Source: Aliivibrio fischeri ES114 | Lineage (GTDB): Bacteria; Pseudomonadota; Gammaproteobacteria; Enterobacterales; Vibrionaceae | NCBI RefSeq assembly: GCF_000011805.1 | Contig: NC_006840.2 | Length of the DNA: 32,000 bases | Direction: 5' to 3' (one strand) | In this document: one piece after another, positions 1-10,517 of the stretch | How the letters are laid out: every line of letters starts with the position of its first letter | Numbering within the stretch: the stretch's first letter is position 1 | Made by a program: the position numbers and the translations under genes | The notes under the pieces: model-generated | What the model was told of the DNA's origin: nothing | What the model saw: the letters and a program-made list of their open reading frames with translations, nothing else | Database searches by the model: none

Positions 1-366
1 CAACTTACCTTCGTAAGTTCGTGCTCGTTGAGCAAATATATCCAGTATTAGACCCGTACGATCTATTACTCGACACTGACATAATTGTTCTAAATTTCGT
101 TCTTGAGCCGGAGATAATGCGTGATTAAAAATCACGATATCTGCGTTATTAGCTCGAACAGCATCGGCAATTTCTTGTGCCTTGCCTTCACCAACATAAT
201 ATTTAGGGAGTGGAGATTGACGGGTTCCCGTCACAACACCTACTGTGTTTACCCCCGCAGAAGAAATTAACATTTTACATTCGTTAAGATCTTCAATCTC
301 CCCTTGATAGGTAAAGTCAATGTGCACAAGAATAGCCTGTTCACCGGATTCATAACGGTCAAACAA
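1..366 (-). CDS. hflX: GTPase HflX, N-terminal part (gene runs off the left edge)
   Basis: Minus-strand translation from a TTG at 364-366, preceded by AAGGAG: ...FDRYESGEQAILVHIDFTYQGEIEDLNECKMLISSAGVNTVGVVTGTRQSPLPKYYVGEGKAQEIADAVRANNADIVIFNHALSPAQERNLEQ..., which is the HflX N-terminal domain. Located directly downstream of hfq. Confidence 0.9.
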   Translation of the reverse strand, partial: MFDRYESGEQAILVHIDFTYQGEIEDLNECKMLISSAGVNTVGVVTGTRQSPLPKYYVGEGKAQEIADAVRANNADIVIFNHALSPAQERNLEQLCQCRVIDRTGLILDIFAQRARTYEGKL

Positions 367-405
367 GCGTTAACTCCTTAACTGATTAACTATTCTAGAA
401 TAGTA

Positions 406-705
<300 letters not shown>

Positions 706-776
706 TTATTTAGCTATGAGCCTTTAGCTTATGACTAAACGCACTTAAGTTAAACAACATTGAAGCATTTTTGTGC

Positions 777-1709
777 TTATTTTTTCTCTAATTGAGTCGA
801 AATCAACTCTAAAGCGCCGTCAATGTCATCACTATCAAGCCAAGTTAACTCTTTCCAGCTACGTAGCCAGGTAATTTGTCGCTTGGCTAATTGACGAGTA
901 GCACAGATACCACGGAAAACCGCCTCATCCAATGTCCCCTCCCCGTCAAAATAGTCCCACATTTGTCGATAACCAACACATCGAATTGATGGTAAATCAG
1001 CATGAAGATCATCACGTTCATACAATGCTCGTGCTTCTGCTTCAAACCCTTCTTCCATCATATTCGCAAAGCGAAGTTCAATACGACGATGAATTTCTGC
1101 TCTCTCTTTCGGTGCAATCGCAAATTGATGCACCTCATAAGGCAAAGCATCACCTTTAATCTGGGTTAATTCTGTTAATGTTTTACCCGAAATTCGAAAT
1201 ACTTCCAACGCTCGGGAAAGTCGTTGTGGATCATTTGGATGAATTCTTTCAGCTGAGACAGGATCAATCGTTTTTAATTGATCATGCATCGCTTCCCATC
1301 CAAATTGTTCCGCTTCTTGCTCAATTTGAGCTCTAATGTCAGCATCCGCTGCTGGTAATGGCGAAAGACCTTCAAGTAATGCTTTGTAGTACAACATCGT
1401 ACCACCCACTAACAATGGGATCTTTCCTTGAGCAACGATATCATCCATCTCTTTAAGAGCATCACGACGAAAATCCGCTGCCGAATAACTCTCTGTTGGA
1501 TCAAGAATATCAATAAGACGATGAGGAGCCTGTAAAAGTTCCTCTGCATTTGGTTTTGCCGTACCAATATCCATACCCTTATAGATAAGGGCGGAGTCTA
1601 CGCTAATCAACTCCACAGGAAAACGTTTTCGCAATTCAATTGCTAAGTTTGTTTTCCCTGACGCTGTTGGTCCCATCAAAAAGATGGCTTTTGGTAATGG
1701 TTTATTCAT
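777..1709 (-). CDS. miaA: tRNA dimethylallyltransferase MiaA
   Basis: 310 aa with P-loop [14 protein letters not shown] and [18 protein letters not shown]; conserved order mutL-miaA-hfq. Confidence 0.97.
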   Translation of the reverse strand: MNKPLPKAIFLMGPTASGKTNLAIELRKRFPVELISVDSALIYKGMDIGTAKPNAEELLQAPHRLIDILDPTESYSAADFRRDALKEMDDIVAQGKIPLLVGGTMLYYKALLEGLSPLPAADADIRAQIEQEAEQFGWEAMHDQLKTIDPVSAERIHPNDPQRLSRALEVFRISGKTLTELTQIKGDALPYEVHQFAIAPKERAEIHRRIELRFANMMEEGFEAEARALYERDDLHADLPSIRCVGYRQMWDYFDGEGTLDEAVFRGICATRQLAKRQITWLRSWKELTWLDSDDIDGALELISTQLEKK

Positions 1710-3684
1710 GACTAAATGCTTGTATCACTTGTGTAATATCGATGTCTTTTAATAATTTAGGGTAGAAATTATTCAATTCATCTCCCCATAATTGCTCTAA
1801 TTCCATCACTAATTGAATAGCTTGAGCAGTAGTATAACTTACTTCATCATGTTGAATTTGATGAGAAAGCCATTTTATTACTTGCTCTAATGATGGATTA
1901 ATTTGTTCTAGATACCTTAACAGATTCGGGATCAATTGTTGTAAGTTCTGCTGTCTGATTGGTTGACAAACAGCCATTACGATAATATTTGTTCTATTTT
2001 TAACTTTAAGATCAATACCTAAAGATTTCAACAAAGAGGCGTAATTAGATAAATTGTTACAAATTGACTCATCAATACCAACAGAAAGCGGTATCAATAA
2101 AGGTTGAGGTTTCAACGGCTCAACATTAACCGAACTTAACTGACCGTAGATTTTGACAAACTCAGCATAGCGTAAGTTCAATAACTGAAGTTGCTTTCCT
2201 TGTTGCAGTAATGCAAAGGTCGATTCAACAACACTTAATACTTTGCCTAATGTGATGCCATTTTTAGACACCTGAGTAACTTGAGGTGCAACTCGCTCAA
2301 TTTGTTGAGTGGATCTGAATGTATGTGATTGCTCATTCACCTGAGAGGTACTTTCTCTCTGCTCTCTATTTTGGGTGGTAAGCAGTTCATTGTAATTAGA
2401 AAGTGCTTTTTTCGTTGGTTTATCAGTATGGAATGAACGAGATGGTGCAGTGGAATTTGAAGATGAACTCCCAACGTTTCCTTTCGGTATCCATGAATCT
2501 AATGGCGCCTTATTTGGATAACTTGGCGTAGATTCTACCGCAGCTCTTAATTGTTCAGATTTAGGATAATGTGTTTGTTGAGGCTGTCGTACATATTCTT
2601 TCATTGGTGGAAAATACGATTCTTTGCTCTCAAGTTGTTGCTCTTCAGCCTCAGACTGAATATGACCAACCACATCAGGTAATGATGCGCCTTGCTGTAA
2701 TGCCCCAAAAATGGCTTGGTAAATAAAATCATGCACTAATCGTGCTTGATGAAAACGTACCTCGTGTTTTGCTGGGTGTACGTTAACATCAACATCATGT
2801 GGATTGATCTCAATAAATAAAATATACGCTGCATATTGGTTTGCAGGCAAAGATGATTCATAACCTTGACGGATAGCATGATTGATTAGCTTATCTTTCA
2901 TCATACGCCCGTTCACATAACAGTATTGAATATCACCCTGTGCTCTTGCTCCTTCTGGAGACGATATCCAACCGTGAAACTTCAACTCTCCATGCTCTAA
3001 CTCGACTTCTAATGCATGTTGCAAGAAATTTGCACCACATACGGCCGCTAAACGTTTTTCTATTTGAGGTTTAGTTTGTGCTGCTCGATATTGACGAACC
3101 ATCTTACCGTTATGACGTAAATTAATCGTCACATCCAATCGACTTAATGCAATACGCTTTAATAGTTCATCAATATGAGTAAATTCTGTTTTATCTGCTC
3201 GCAGGAACTTACGACGTGCTGGAGTATTAAAAAACAGATCAACCACATCGATAGTCGTTCCGATGGGATGAGCTGCTGGCTTTAATTTCACATTCATTTC
3301 TCGACCTTCCGCATAAGCAGACCATGCCTCTTCTTGGGCAACAGTACGAGAAGTTAGTGTTAAACGTGAAACAGAACTAATAGAAGCAAGAGCTTCACCT
3401 CGAAACCCCAAACTAACAATGGCTTCAAGATCGTCTAATGAAGTGATTTTTGATGTGGCATGACGGCTTAAGGCTAAGGTCAGTTCATCTTTTGGGATCC
3501 CCGATCCATTATCACGGATTCGGATTAACTTACTGCCACCTTTTTCGATATCAATATCGATGCGAGTTGCTCCCGCATCGATACTGTTTTCTACCAATTC
3601 TTTAACAACAGAAGCCGGACGCTCCACAACCTCACCCGCCGCAATTTGGTTGGCTAATCGTGCTGGTAAGATTTGAATTGGCAT
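1702..3684 (-). CDS. mutL: DNA mismatch repair protein MutL
   Basis: 660 aa, [55 protein letters not shown]. Overlaps miaA by 8 nt. Confidence 0.98.
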   Translation of the reverse strand: MPIQILPARLANQIAAGEVVERPASVVKELVENSIDAGATRIDIDIEKGGSKLIRIRDNGSGIPKDELTLALSRHATSKITSLDDLEAIVSLGFRGEALASISSVSRLTLTSRTVAQEEAWSAYAEGREMNVKLKPAAHPIGTTIDVVDLFFNTPARRKFLRADKTEFTHIDELLKRIALSRLDVTINLRHNGKMVRQYRAAQTKPQIEKRLAAVCGANFLQHALEVELEHGELKFHGWISSPEGARAQGDIQYCYVNGRMMKDKLINHAIRQGYESSLPANQYAAYILFIEINPHDVDVNVHPAKHEVRFHQARLVHDFIYQAIFGALQQGASLPDVVGHIQSEAEEQQLESKESYFPPMKEYVRQPQQTHYPKSEQLRAAVESTPSYPNKAPLDSWIPKGNVGSSSSNSTAPSRSFHTDKPTKKALSNYNELLTTQNREQRESTSQVNEQSHTFRSTQQIERVAPQVTQVSKNGITLGKVLSVVESTFALLQQGKQLQLLNLRYAEFVKIYGQLSSVNVEPLKPQPLLIPLSVGIDESICNNLSNYASLLKSLGIDLKVKNRTNIIVMAVCQPIRQQNLQQLIPNLLRYLEQINPSLEQVIKWLSHQIQHDEVSYTTAQAIQLVMELEQLWGDELNNFYPKLLKDIDITQVIQAFSHE

Positions 3685-3695
3685 AACCTTGTTCC

Positions 3696-5426
3696 TTAAC
3701 TGGTTGGAATAATGAGCACCTGCCCTATAGCAAGCTCATCTGAACGTAACTTGTTTGCTTTTCTTAAGCTGGAAACAGATACGCCATATTTACTTGCAAT
3801 TTTACCTAAGAATTCACCACGTTTCACCGTGTGTTTCTTAACAGGAGCAACAATACTCACTTTCAATTTTTGTCCAACAAACAAGGTATCAGACTTCAAT
3901 TTATTCAATGATCGGATACTGCTTGTTGTTACTTTATATTTCGATGCAATCTTTCCTAAATACTCACCAGAACGAACTTTATGAGTAATAATAGTACGAG
4001 CCTGACTTGATGAAGTATTCACAGAAGAAGCCGTATTCTTCGGTGCAACATACACAGATTTATTACTTGGGATAACTAAAACTTGTCCAATCTTTAAGCT
4101 CGTGCTTTTAAGATTATTTTCACTTTTAATTTTCGCCATCGTCGTTCCGTATTTCTTTGCAATTAAAGACAAAGACTCACCTGAACGTACTTTATGTTTT
4201 GTTTGACCACCTTGTGCAGCAAGTAGCGTACCTTGCGGCGGATTATCATGAAGATAACGAATGATTGCTTTTGAAATAGAACGTGCAATTTTATCTTGAT
4301 GAGCTCGCTGGAATAATTGCTTTTCTTCCGTTGGATTAGAAATAAAGCCGGTCTCAATCAAAATAGATGGGATATCTGGTGATTTTAATACAGCCAAACT
4401 TGCGTTTACTGGCTCCTTTTTATGTAGTCGAATCACTTTTCCCATTTCAGATAACACATTCTTCGCTAATTTATAGCCTTCTTTTTGAGAGTGACTAAAT
4501 TGCAAATCTAATAACGTTTGGCTTACATTTCTGTCGTTACTATTTTTAGCGAGAACATCTCCAGCACCACCCAATAATTCAGATTGTTTCTCATGTTTTT
4601 CAACCCAGCGACCAATCTCAGTATTCGCTCTGCGAGTATTCAATACAAAAACAGAACCCCCTCTTGGCTGTGGTGAACGGAAACTATCAGCGTGAATAGA
4701 TACTAATAAATGCGACTTATTTTTCCTAGCAATCTCAGTACGCTTGTTTAAATTAACAAAATAATCACCACTACGAGTCATTACCGCTCGCATACCTGGT
4801 TGAGCATTAATTTGAGCAACGACTTTCTTTGAAATAGCTAATGTAGCGTGTTTTTCATACTTTCTTGTTGGTCCAATCGAGCCTGGATCTTCACCACCAT
4901 GCCCAGCATCAATAGCAATAATAATTTCGCCATTACCAACAATATGATTACTACTTGAATTTATTACGGGTTTAGATGGTTTACTTGGTGCTGGAGTTGA
5001 ACTGCTTGTTTTTGAATGAGGTAAATCCATAACAAGACGGTGCCCATACTGCCCACCTGGAGTTGGTGCTAACTTAAACACCTCAGCCATAACAGAGTGC
5101 TTTAATTCAAAAACCAAACGTGTAGTGTTTTTTGATGGTGGTGAACTCTTTCTTATCTTAGTCAGTACCTTGCTGTCTTTAACATTTAAAGGCAACTTGG
5201 CTTTTACATTCGTATTCTTAAGATCAACAACCAAACGGTATGGACTACTTAATGTAAAGTAGCTGTAATTTGCTTCTGAATTTAAGTCAATAACAATACG
5301 AGTTTCATCAGGCGAAGGCCAAACTCGTATTCCCTCTAACGTGTTTGCAGATACAAAAAAGCTACTTGTTGAAAGAACAACAAATAGCGTATACCAAATA
5401 ATTCGAAAATATTTACCGATTAACAC
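3696..5426 (-). CDS. amiB: N-acetylmuramoyl-L-alanine amidase (AMIN domain, Amidase_3 domain, three C-terminal LysM repeats)
   Basis: [23 protein letters not shown]...LVSIHADSF...[12 protein letters not shown] catalytic motifs; three HKVRSGE/HTVKRGE...IASKYG...GQVL(V/I)IP LysM repeats; located between tsaE and mutL. Confidence 0.93.
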   Translation of the reverse strand: MLIGKYFRIIWYTLFVVLSTSSFFVSANTLEGIRVWPSPDETRIVIDLNSEANYSYFTLSSPYRLVVDLKNTNVKAKLPLNVKDSKVLTKIRKSSPPSKNTTRLVFELKHSVMAEVFKLAPTPGGQYGHRLVMDLPHSKTSSSTPAPSKPSKPVINSSSNHIVGNGEIIIAIDAGHGGEDPGSIGPTRKYEKHATLAISKKVVAQINAQPGMRAVMTRSGDYFVNLNKRTEIARKNKSHLLVSIHADSFRSPQPRGGSVFVLNTRRANTEIGRWVEKHEKQSELLGGAGDVLAKNSNDRNVSQTLLDLQFSHSQKEGYKLAKNVLSEMGKVIRLHKKEPVNASLAVLKSPDIPSILIETGFISNPTEEKQLFQRAHQDKIARSISKAIIRYLHDNPPQGTLLAAQGGQTKHKVRSGESLSLIAKKYGTTMAKIKSENNLKSTSLKIGQVLVIPSNKSVYVAPKNTASSVNTSSSQARTIITHKVRSGEYLGKIASKYKVTTSSIRSLNKLKSDTLFVGQKLKVSIVAPVKKHTVKRGEFLGKIASKYGVSVSSLRKANKLRSDELAIGQVLIIPTS

Positions 5427-5884
5427 AAATCCAACCGCTGTACTAAACTACATCCATACTCATTATTACCTGTGATCACAACATGACGAGCTTCACCATC
5501 GTAGCGAATATCAATATCAAGATCTGGTGCTGGTAATAACCCTTCCCCTTTCTCAGGCCACTCAACTAAACAAATTGCATCATCAGTAAAATAATCACGG
5601 ATCCCCATAAACTCAAGTTCTTCTGGGTCAGCCAAACGATATAGATCGAAATGATATACCTGCCATTGATCAAGTTCATATGGTTCAACTAATGTATAAG
5701 TTGGGCTTTTTACATTACCAGTATGACCTAATGAACGAATGAAACCTCGGCTAAACGTCGTTTTGCCAGCACCAAGGTCACCATGTAGGAAAATTGTTGT
5801 TTGTTGAGTACAAGCTTGAGAAAGCTGTCTACCAAATTCAACCGTATCGTCTTCGGTAGCTAAATTAAATTCAAAGCGTTCCAT
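5420..5884 (-). CDS. tsaE: tRNA threonylcarbamoyladenosine biosynthesis ATPase TsaE
   Basis: 154 aa, [38 protein letters not shown]...[16 protein letters not shown]. Confidence 0.96.
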   Translation of the reverse strand: MERFEFNLATEDDTVEFGRQLSQACTQQTTIFLHGDLGAGKTTFSRGFIRSLGHTGNVKSPTYTLVEPYELDQWQVYHFDLYRLADPEELEFMGIRDYFTDDAICLVEWPEKGEGLLPAPDLDIDIRYDGEARHVVITGNNEYGCSLVQRLDLC

Positions 5885-6096
5885 TATTCACTAATTTCAC
5901 TATTTTAATTGTCTAAATTGATGGACTTGGTATCAAATTCACAATTTAATGTGATGAATGTTTATACACAAGTAATCTTATTGGTTTGTTAATCTCATTG
6001 AGTAGAACTTTTATAATCAGTATCTAATTACGAGTTATCTTGTCTATATGATAAACTTTTACTCATTATACTGTAATAAAAAAATGTAATCTCCCT

Positions 6097-7212
6097 GTGA
6101 AAATTAACTATCAAGAACTCGCAAATAACATCAAACTTTGGGCAAAAGAACTTGGCTTTCAAAAAGTCGGGATCTGTGATGTCGATTTATCTCAACATGA
6201 AGCGGCATTAGAACAATGGTTAGAGGCTGGTTATCACGGTTCAATGGATTGGATGGCTCGACATGGCGTCATGCGAGCAAGACCAGATGAGCTTCATCCA
6301 GGGACAATTCGAGTGATCAGTGCTCGAATGGATTACCTTCCACCTAAAGCTGGCTTTGCTAGTAACTTAAAAGATCCTAATCAAGCTTATATTAGTCGTT
6401 ACGCTCTTGGTCGAGATTACCATAAACTGATCCGTAACCAATTAAAAAAGCTAGGACAAAAAATTGAAGAAGAAGTCGAACAATTAGGTTATCGACCATT
6501 TGTAGATTCTGCTCCAATTTTAGAGCGCCCATTAGCAGAAAAAGCTGGACTTGGTTGGACTGGAAAACATTCACTTCTTCTCGACAAAAATGCGGGGTCT
6601 TGGTTCTTTCTTGGGGAACTATTAGTTGATATCCCACTACCAGTCGACACACCAGTTGAAAATCAATGTGGAAAATGTACAGCGTGTATTTCTTCTTGTC
6701 CCACCAACGCTATTCTTGAAAATGGTGTTATCGACGCTCGTCGTTGCATATCTTATTTAACTATAGAGAACAGCGGTATTATTCCTGAAGAGTTTCGTTC
6801 ACTAATGGGGAATCGTATTTATGGTTGTGATGATTGCCAACTGGTTTGCCCTTGGAACCGAGAAGCAGAAATTACTCAACAAGCGGACTTTCATCGTAGA
6901 AGCTCATTAGGTAACTCTGATCTTATTTCACTTTTCTCTTGGGATGAAAGCACCTTCTTAAAAAACATGGAAGGGTCAGCGATTCGCCGCATAGGGCATA
7001 TCCAATGGCTACGTAATCTTTCTATTGCAATGGGAAATGCGCCTCATTCAGAAGCAATAATATCAGCACTACAAGATCGATTAGGGTTAGATGAGAATTT
7101 AGATATCCATATTCAATGGGCGATAAAGCAACAATCGCTCGTCATCACTTCAAATAGAAAAGAACAACGCTTAATCCGTATCATTGAAAAAGGGCTTCCA
7201 AGAGATGCCTAA
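6097..7212 (+). CDS. queG: Epoxyqueuosine reductase QueG (GTG start)
   Basis: 371 aa with CGKCTACISSCPTNAI and CDDCQLVCPWN 4Fe-4S motifs, ARYALGRDYHK-like region, divergent from tsaE. Confidence 0.95.
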   Translation: MKINYQELANNIKLWAKELGFQKVGICDVDLSQHEAALEQWLEAGYHGSMDWMARHGVMRARPDELHPGTIRVISARMDYLPPKAGFASNLKDPNQAYISRYALGRDYHKLIRNQLKKLGQKIEEEVEQLGYRPFVDSAPILERPLAEKAGLGWTGKHSLLLDKNAGSWFFLGELLVDIPLPVDTPVENQCGKCTACISSCPTNAILENGVIDARRCISYLTIENSGIIPEEFRSLMGNRIYGCDDCQLVCPWNREAEITQQADFHRRSSLGNSDLISLFSWDESTFLKNMEGSAIRRIGHIQWLRNLSIAMGNAPHSEAIISALQDRLGLDENLDIHIQWAIKQQSLVITSNRKEQRLIRIIEKGLPRDA

Positions 7213-7240
7213 CCAGTATTATCTCAATGACGTTATTCTC

Positions 7241-7552
7241 TGTTGATAACCATTTAAGATTGCATATAGCGTATGTGGAAAAGATTTCTATCTTTAGCAA
7301 ACAACGTAAATATTAAAAAAGTTAAACACAAGACAGGAATATGATTAGGATCAAAGAAGTCAAGCAAAAGATCTTTAAAAATCTTGCAAATAATGTATAA
7401 AAAACAAAAAAACCTTACTTTTCAATCACATGGAAAATATAGGCAAATTTAACGATCAAAAAATAAAAGCAAGATCCTTGATAAAACTCATTTCTTTCAG
7501 TTTTATCATAAACAACTAACAGAGTTATCCACAGAAAGAGGTATGTGGATAA
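7241..7552. promoter_or_regulatory. Candidate datA-like DnaA-box cluster in the queG / tRNA-Gly intergenic region
   Basis: Perfect TTATCCACA at 7525-7533 (+) and 7544-7552 (-), head-to-head with a 10-bp spacer; TTTTCCACA (fits TTWTNCACA) at 7274-7282 (-); one-mismatch boxes TTATCAACA at 7241-7249 (-) and TTAAACACA at 7322-7330 (+); GATC sites at 7349, 7370, 7454 and 7473. Same position as E. coli datA (between queG and glyVXY). Confidence 0.5.
7479..7508. repeat. Perfect inverted repeat TGATAAAACT-N10-AGTTTTATCA
   Basis: 10-bp arms at 7479-7488 and 7499-7508. No T-tract follows immediately, so it does not look like a simple terminator. Confidence 0.7.
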
Positions 7553-7732
7553 GTTGGTTGATTATATGGTAATTAACAAACATAACTAACCCTCTGCGCT
7601 TACTCTTTATATGGAAAAGAGACCAGATGCAGATAGATTATTCGATTCTTTCATTGGTTATGAATCTGAGTATTCTAAAGAGCAGGATTTGTAGTGGGGT
7701 TAATGCTTCACAGCATTAATTTTAAAGAAAAT

Positions 7733-7761
7733 AAAAGCGCTGAATATGATTCAGCGCTTTT
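7733..7761. terminator. Rho-independent terminator of the tRNA operon (bidirectional shape)
   Basis: AAAAGCGCTGAAT-ATG-ATTCAGCGCTTTT, 13-bp perfect stem immediately downstream of the last tRNA on the minus strand. Confidence 0.85.
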
Positions 7762-7769
7762 ATTAAGTT

Positions 7770-7845
7770 TGGAGCGACACACGAGGTTCGAACTCGTGAC
7801 CTCAACCTTGGCAAGGTTGCGCTCTACCAGCTGAGCTAGTGTCGC
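7770..7845 (-). tRNA. tRNA-Gly(GCC), copy 1
   Basis: GCGACACTAGCTCAGCTGGTAGAGCGCAACCTTGCCAAGGTTGAGGTCACGAGTTCGAACCTCGTGTGTCGCTCCA; cloverleaf with encoded CCA, 76 nt. Confidence 0.97.
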
Positions 7846-7877
7846 ATGATCAACCGCTAATGCGTTTAATCTAAATA

Positions 7878-7954
<77 letters not shown>

Positions 7955-8014
7955 TCCGGATGCATTGTTTAAGACAATGAGACTATAAACCATTTTTCTC
8001 TTCGAGAAAGAAAA

Positions 8015-8091
8015 TGGAGCGACACACGAGGTTCGAACTCGTGACCTCAACCTTGGCAAGGTTTGCGCTCTACCAGCTGAGCTAGTGTCGC
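8015..8091 (-). tRNA. tRNA-Gly(GCC), copy 2, variant with 1-nt insertion in the anticodon stem (77 nt)
   Basis: GAGCGCAAACCTTGCCAAGG instead of GAGCGCAACCTTGCCAAGG (plus strand TTT at 8062-8064 instead of TT); otherwise identical to the other copies. Confidence 0.9.
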
Positions 8092-8123
8092 ATGATCAAC
8101 CGCTAATGCGTTCAATCTAAATG

Positions 8124-8200
<77 letters not shown>

Positions 8201-8260
8201 TCCGGATGCATTGTTTAAGACAATGAGACTATAAACCATTTTTCTCTTCGAGAAAGAAAA

Positions 8261-8336
8261 TGGAGCGACACACGAGGTTCGAACTCGTGACCTCAACCTT
8301 GGCAAGGTTGCGCTCTACCAGCTGAGCTAGTGTCGC
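8261..8336 (-). tRNA. tRNA-Gly(GCC), copy 3
   Basis: Same sequence as copy 1, 76 nt with CCA. Confidence 0.97.
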
Positions 8337-8368
8337 ATGATTAACCGCTAATGCGTTCAATCTAAATG

Positions 8369-8445
<77 letters not shown>

Positions 8446-8516
8446 TCCGGATGCATTGTTAAGTACAATGAAACTTTATCTTATCATTCAATTACTTGAA
8501 CAAGAAGCTTTTAATT

Positions 8517-8592
8517 TGGAGCGACACACGAGGTTCGAACTCGTGACCTCAACCTTGGCAAGGTTGCGCTCTACCAGCTGAGCTAGTGTCGC
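8517..8592 (-). tRNA. tRNA-Gly(GCC), copy 4 (promoter-proximal)
   Basis: Same sequence as copy 1, 76 nt with CCA. Confidence 0.97.
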
Positions 8593-8630
8593 ATTCTGAT
8601 AAGGAGTAGCTCCTCGTTCAGAGGCTGCGA

Positions 8631-8658
8631 ATTATACGAGTAAACTGTGATGATGCAA
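8631..8658 (-). promoter_or_regulatory. Sigma70 promoter of the tRNA operon
   Basis: Minus strand TTGCAT-16 bp-TATAAT followed by the GC-rich discriminator GCAGCC, about 40 nt upstream of the first tRNA-Gly. Confidence 0.8.
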
Positions 8659-8662
8659 GCGT

Positions 8663-8695
8663 ATTTTGAAAAAAAATGCGATTTTTTTTCAAAAT
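8663..8695 (-). terminator. Rho-independent terminator of orn
   Basis: Minus strand GCGATTTT-GAAAA-AAAATCGC-ATTTTTTTT just downstream of the orn stop. The A8/T8 tracts also create a longer perfect 14-bp inverted repeat (ATTTTGAAAAAAAA / TTTTTTTTCAAAAT). Confidence 0.75.
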
Positions 8696-8729
8696 CGCGT
8701 TTTTCCGCTCAACAAATCATCAAATGAAA

Positions 8730-9275
8730 TTAAATTGTGAAAATATGTTGGCGATAATACTTCAATTCTGCAATAGATTCGCGAATATCATCTAACGCTA
8801 AATGTGTGCCTGCTTTGGTAAAACCATCTAAAACTTCAGGTTTCCATCGACGAGCTAGCTCTTTAATTGTACTTACATCAACATAGCGGTAATGAAAATA
8901 CTCTTCTAATCTTGGCATGTGCTTATATAAAAAACGACGATCTTGTCCAATACTATTACCACAAATTGGTGATACGCCTTTTGGAACCCATTGCTCAAGG
9001 AAAGCAATAGTTTCTGCAATTGCCGCTTCTTCATCGTATTTACTTTCTTGTACTCGAGCGACTAATCCGCTATTTGTATGAGTATTGGTACACCAATTGT
9101 CCATTTTAGCCAACTCTTCTTCTGGCTGATGGATCGCAATTACTGGACCTTCTGCTAAAATATTCAGTTGTGCATCTGTCACAATAGATGCAATTTCGAT
9201 GATTTTATGAGTTTCAGGATCCAATCCTGTCATCTCTAAATCCACCCAAATCAGGTTTTGATCATTAATTGCCAT
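8730..9275 (-). CDS. orn: Oligoribonuclease
   Basis: 181 aa, [43 protein letters not shown]...[18 protein letters not shown] (DEDDh exonuclease motifs). Confidence 0.98.
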   Translation of the reverse strand: MAINDQNLIWVDLEMTGLDPETHKIIEIASIVTDAQLNILAEGPVIAIHQPEEELAKMDNWCTNTHTNSGLVARVQESKYDEEAAIAETIAFLEQWVPKGVSPICGNSIGQDRRFLYKHMPRLEEYFHYRYVDVSTIKELARRWKPEVLDGFTKAGTHLALDDIRESIAELKYYRQHIFTI

Positions 9276-9373
9276 AGAGAGTTGCCTATTTTGTAACTAA
9301 AAAGGGTATGATACTCGGGCCGATTTATCTTTCAACATAAAACTGAAAGCCAACCAACAAGTGAATTAATTTC

Positions 9374-10438
9374 GTGGCAAAGAAGAAAAAGCTAACCAAA
9401 GGCCAAGTTCGCCGAGTACGCTCAAATCAAAAAAAGCGTATTGAAAAAATTGAAGACAGTGTGCAATGGGATGAAACCCTACTAGAAGCTGCTAAAGAAG
9501 GCCTAGTCATTACACGCTTTGGTCAACATGCTGATATTGAAGACCCTGATACTAAAGACATCCATCGTTGTAATTTACGCCGAGGTATTGAAAGTTTAGT
9601 TTCGGGTGATCGTGTTATTTGGCGTCCAGGGACTGAAGTCCTTGCTGGTATTTCAGGTGTTGTTGAAGCTGTAAAACCAAGAACATCAATGTTAACCCGT
9701 CCAGACTATTATGATGGTATTAAGCCAGTAGCAGCTAACGTTGATCAAATGGTAATCGTATCTTCAATTCTTCCTGAGTTGTCTCTTAATATTATTGATC
9801 GATACCTTATTGCTTCTGAAACTCTACATATCAAACCATTAATTGTATTAAACAAAGTGGATTTACTGTCTGAAGAAGAGTTCATCAAAGTACAGCAACT
9901 GCTTAGCTTATATGAAGATATTGGTTATAAAGTTCGATATGTAAGTAAAGAATCAGGCTACGGTGTAGAAGAACTTGAAGCTGAATTACGAAATCACATT
10001 AATATTTTCGTTGGTCAATCTGGCGTAGGTAAATCAAGCCTTGTAAATGCACTGATGCCTGAACTTGAGATTGAGGTGGAAGAAGGGGCAGTATCTGAAA
10101 ACTCAGGTCTTGGTCAACATACAACAACTGCAGCACGCCTGTATCACTTCCCACACGGTGGTGATTTAATTGACTCTCCAGGAGTTCGTGAATTTGGTTT
10201 GTGGCACTTAGAAGCTGAACAAGTCACAGACTCTTTTATTGAATTTAAAGACTTTTTAGGTGGCTGTAAGTTTAGAGACTGTAAACACAAAGATGACCCA
10301 GGATGCTTACTTCAAGAAGCCGTTGCAGAAGGTAAAATCAATAAGCTACGATTTGAAAGCTATCATCGTATAATTGAAAGCATGTCTGAGAATAAAGCAA
10401 ATCGCCAATTCTCACGAAACAAAAAAGCCGATTTATAA
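9374..10438 (+). CDS. rsgA: Small ribosomal subunit biogenesis GTPase RsgA (GTG start)
   Basis: [41 protein letters not shown] circularly permuted GTPase, C-terminal Cys/His Zn motif [14 protein letters not shown]. Confidence 0.97.
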   Translation: MAKKKKLTKGQVRRVRSNQKKRIEKIEDSVQWDETLLEAAKEGLVITRFGQHADIEDPDTKDIHRCNLRRGIESLVSGDRVIWRPGTEVLAGISGVVEAVKPRTSMLTRPDYYDGIKPVAANVDQMVIVSSILPELSLNIIDRYLIASETLHIKPLIVLNKVDLLSEEEFIKVQQLLSLYEDIGYKVRYVSKESGYGVEELEAELRNHINIFVGQSGVGKSSLVNALMPELEIEVEEGAVSENSGLGQHTTTAARLYHFPHGGDLIDSPGVREFGLWHLEAEQVTDSFIEFKDFLGGCKFRDCKHKDDPGCLLQEAVAEGKINKLRFESYHRIIESMSENKANRQFSRNKKADL

Positions 10439-10517
10439 CCACAATAAACCTTGGGTTTAGCGACAATGTAAATATGTGGTAATATCCACAGCAAATGATA
10501 ACTATTAGGCAAACAAC

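Noticed and set aside
932-1159. Antisense ORFs within miaA, amiB, queG, frdA, frdB, gpsA, envC, yibN, cysE and trmL (e.g. 932-1159, 3712-3984, 4163-4357, 6392-6652, 13758-13976, 13977-14189, 15721-15918, 25903-26094, 28777-29187)
   Set aside because: All lie opposite or out of frame inside well-identified conserved genes, have no recognisable domain and no good ribosome-binding context.
7700-7719. TTAATGC-TTCACA-GCATTAA inverted repeat
   Set aside because: Short 7-bp AT-rich stem without a convincing T-tract, directly beside the strong tRNA operon terminator. Too weak to call separately.
7213-7732. Chromosomal origin of replication (oriC) or chromosome II control element
   Set aside because: DnaA boxes and GATC sites are present, but there is no dnaA, gidA/mnmG, mioC or rctB neighbourhood, no GATCTnTTnTTTT 13-mers and too few GATC sites. 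I also cannot support a crtS assignment without an alignment. A datA-type site fits the synteny better.
8663-8695. 14-bp perfect palindrome ATTTTGAAAAAAAA / TTTTTTTTCAAAAT as a novel element
   Set aside because: It is explained by the orn terminator stem GCGATTTT/AAAATCGC plus its T-tract, located just downstream of orn on the minus strand.
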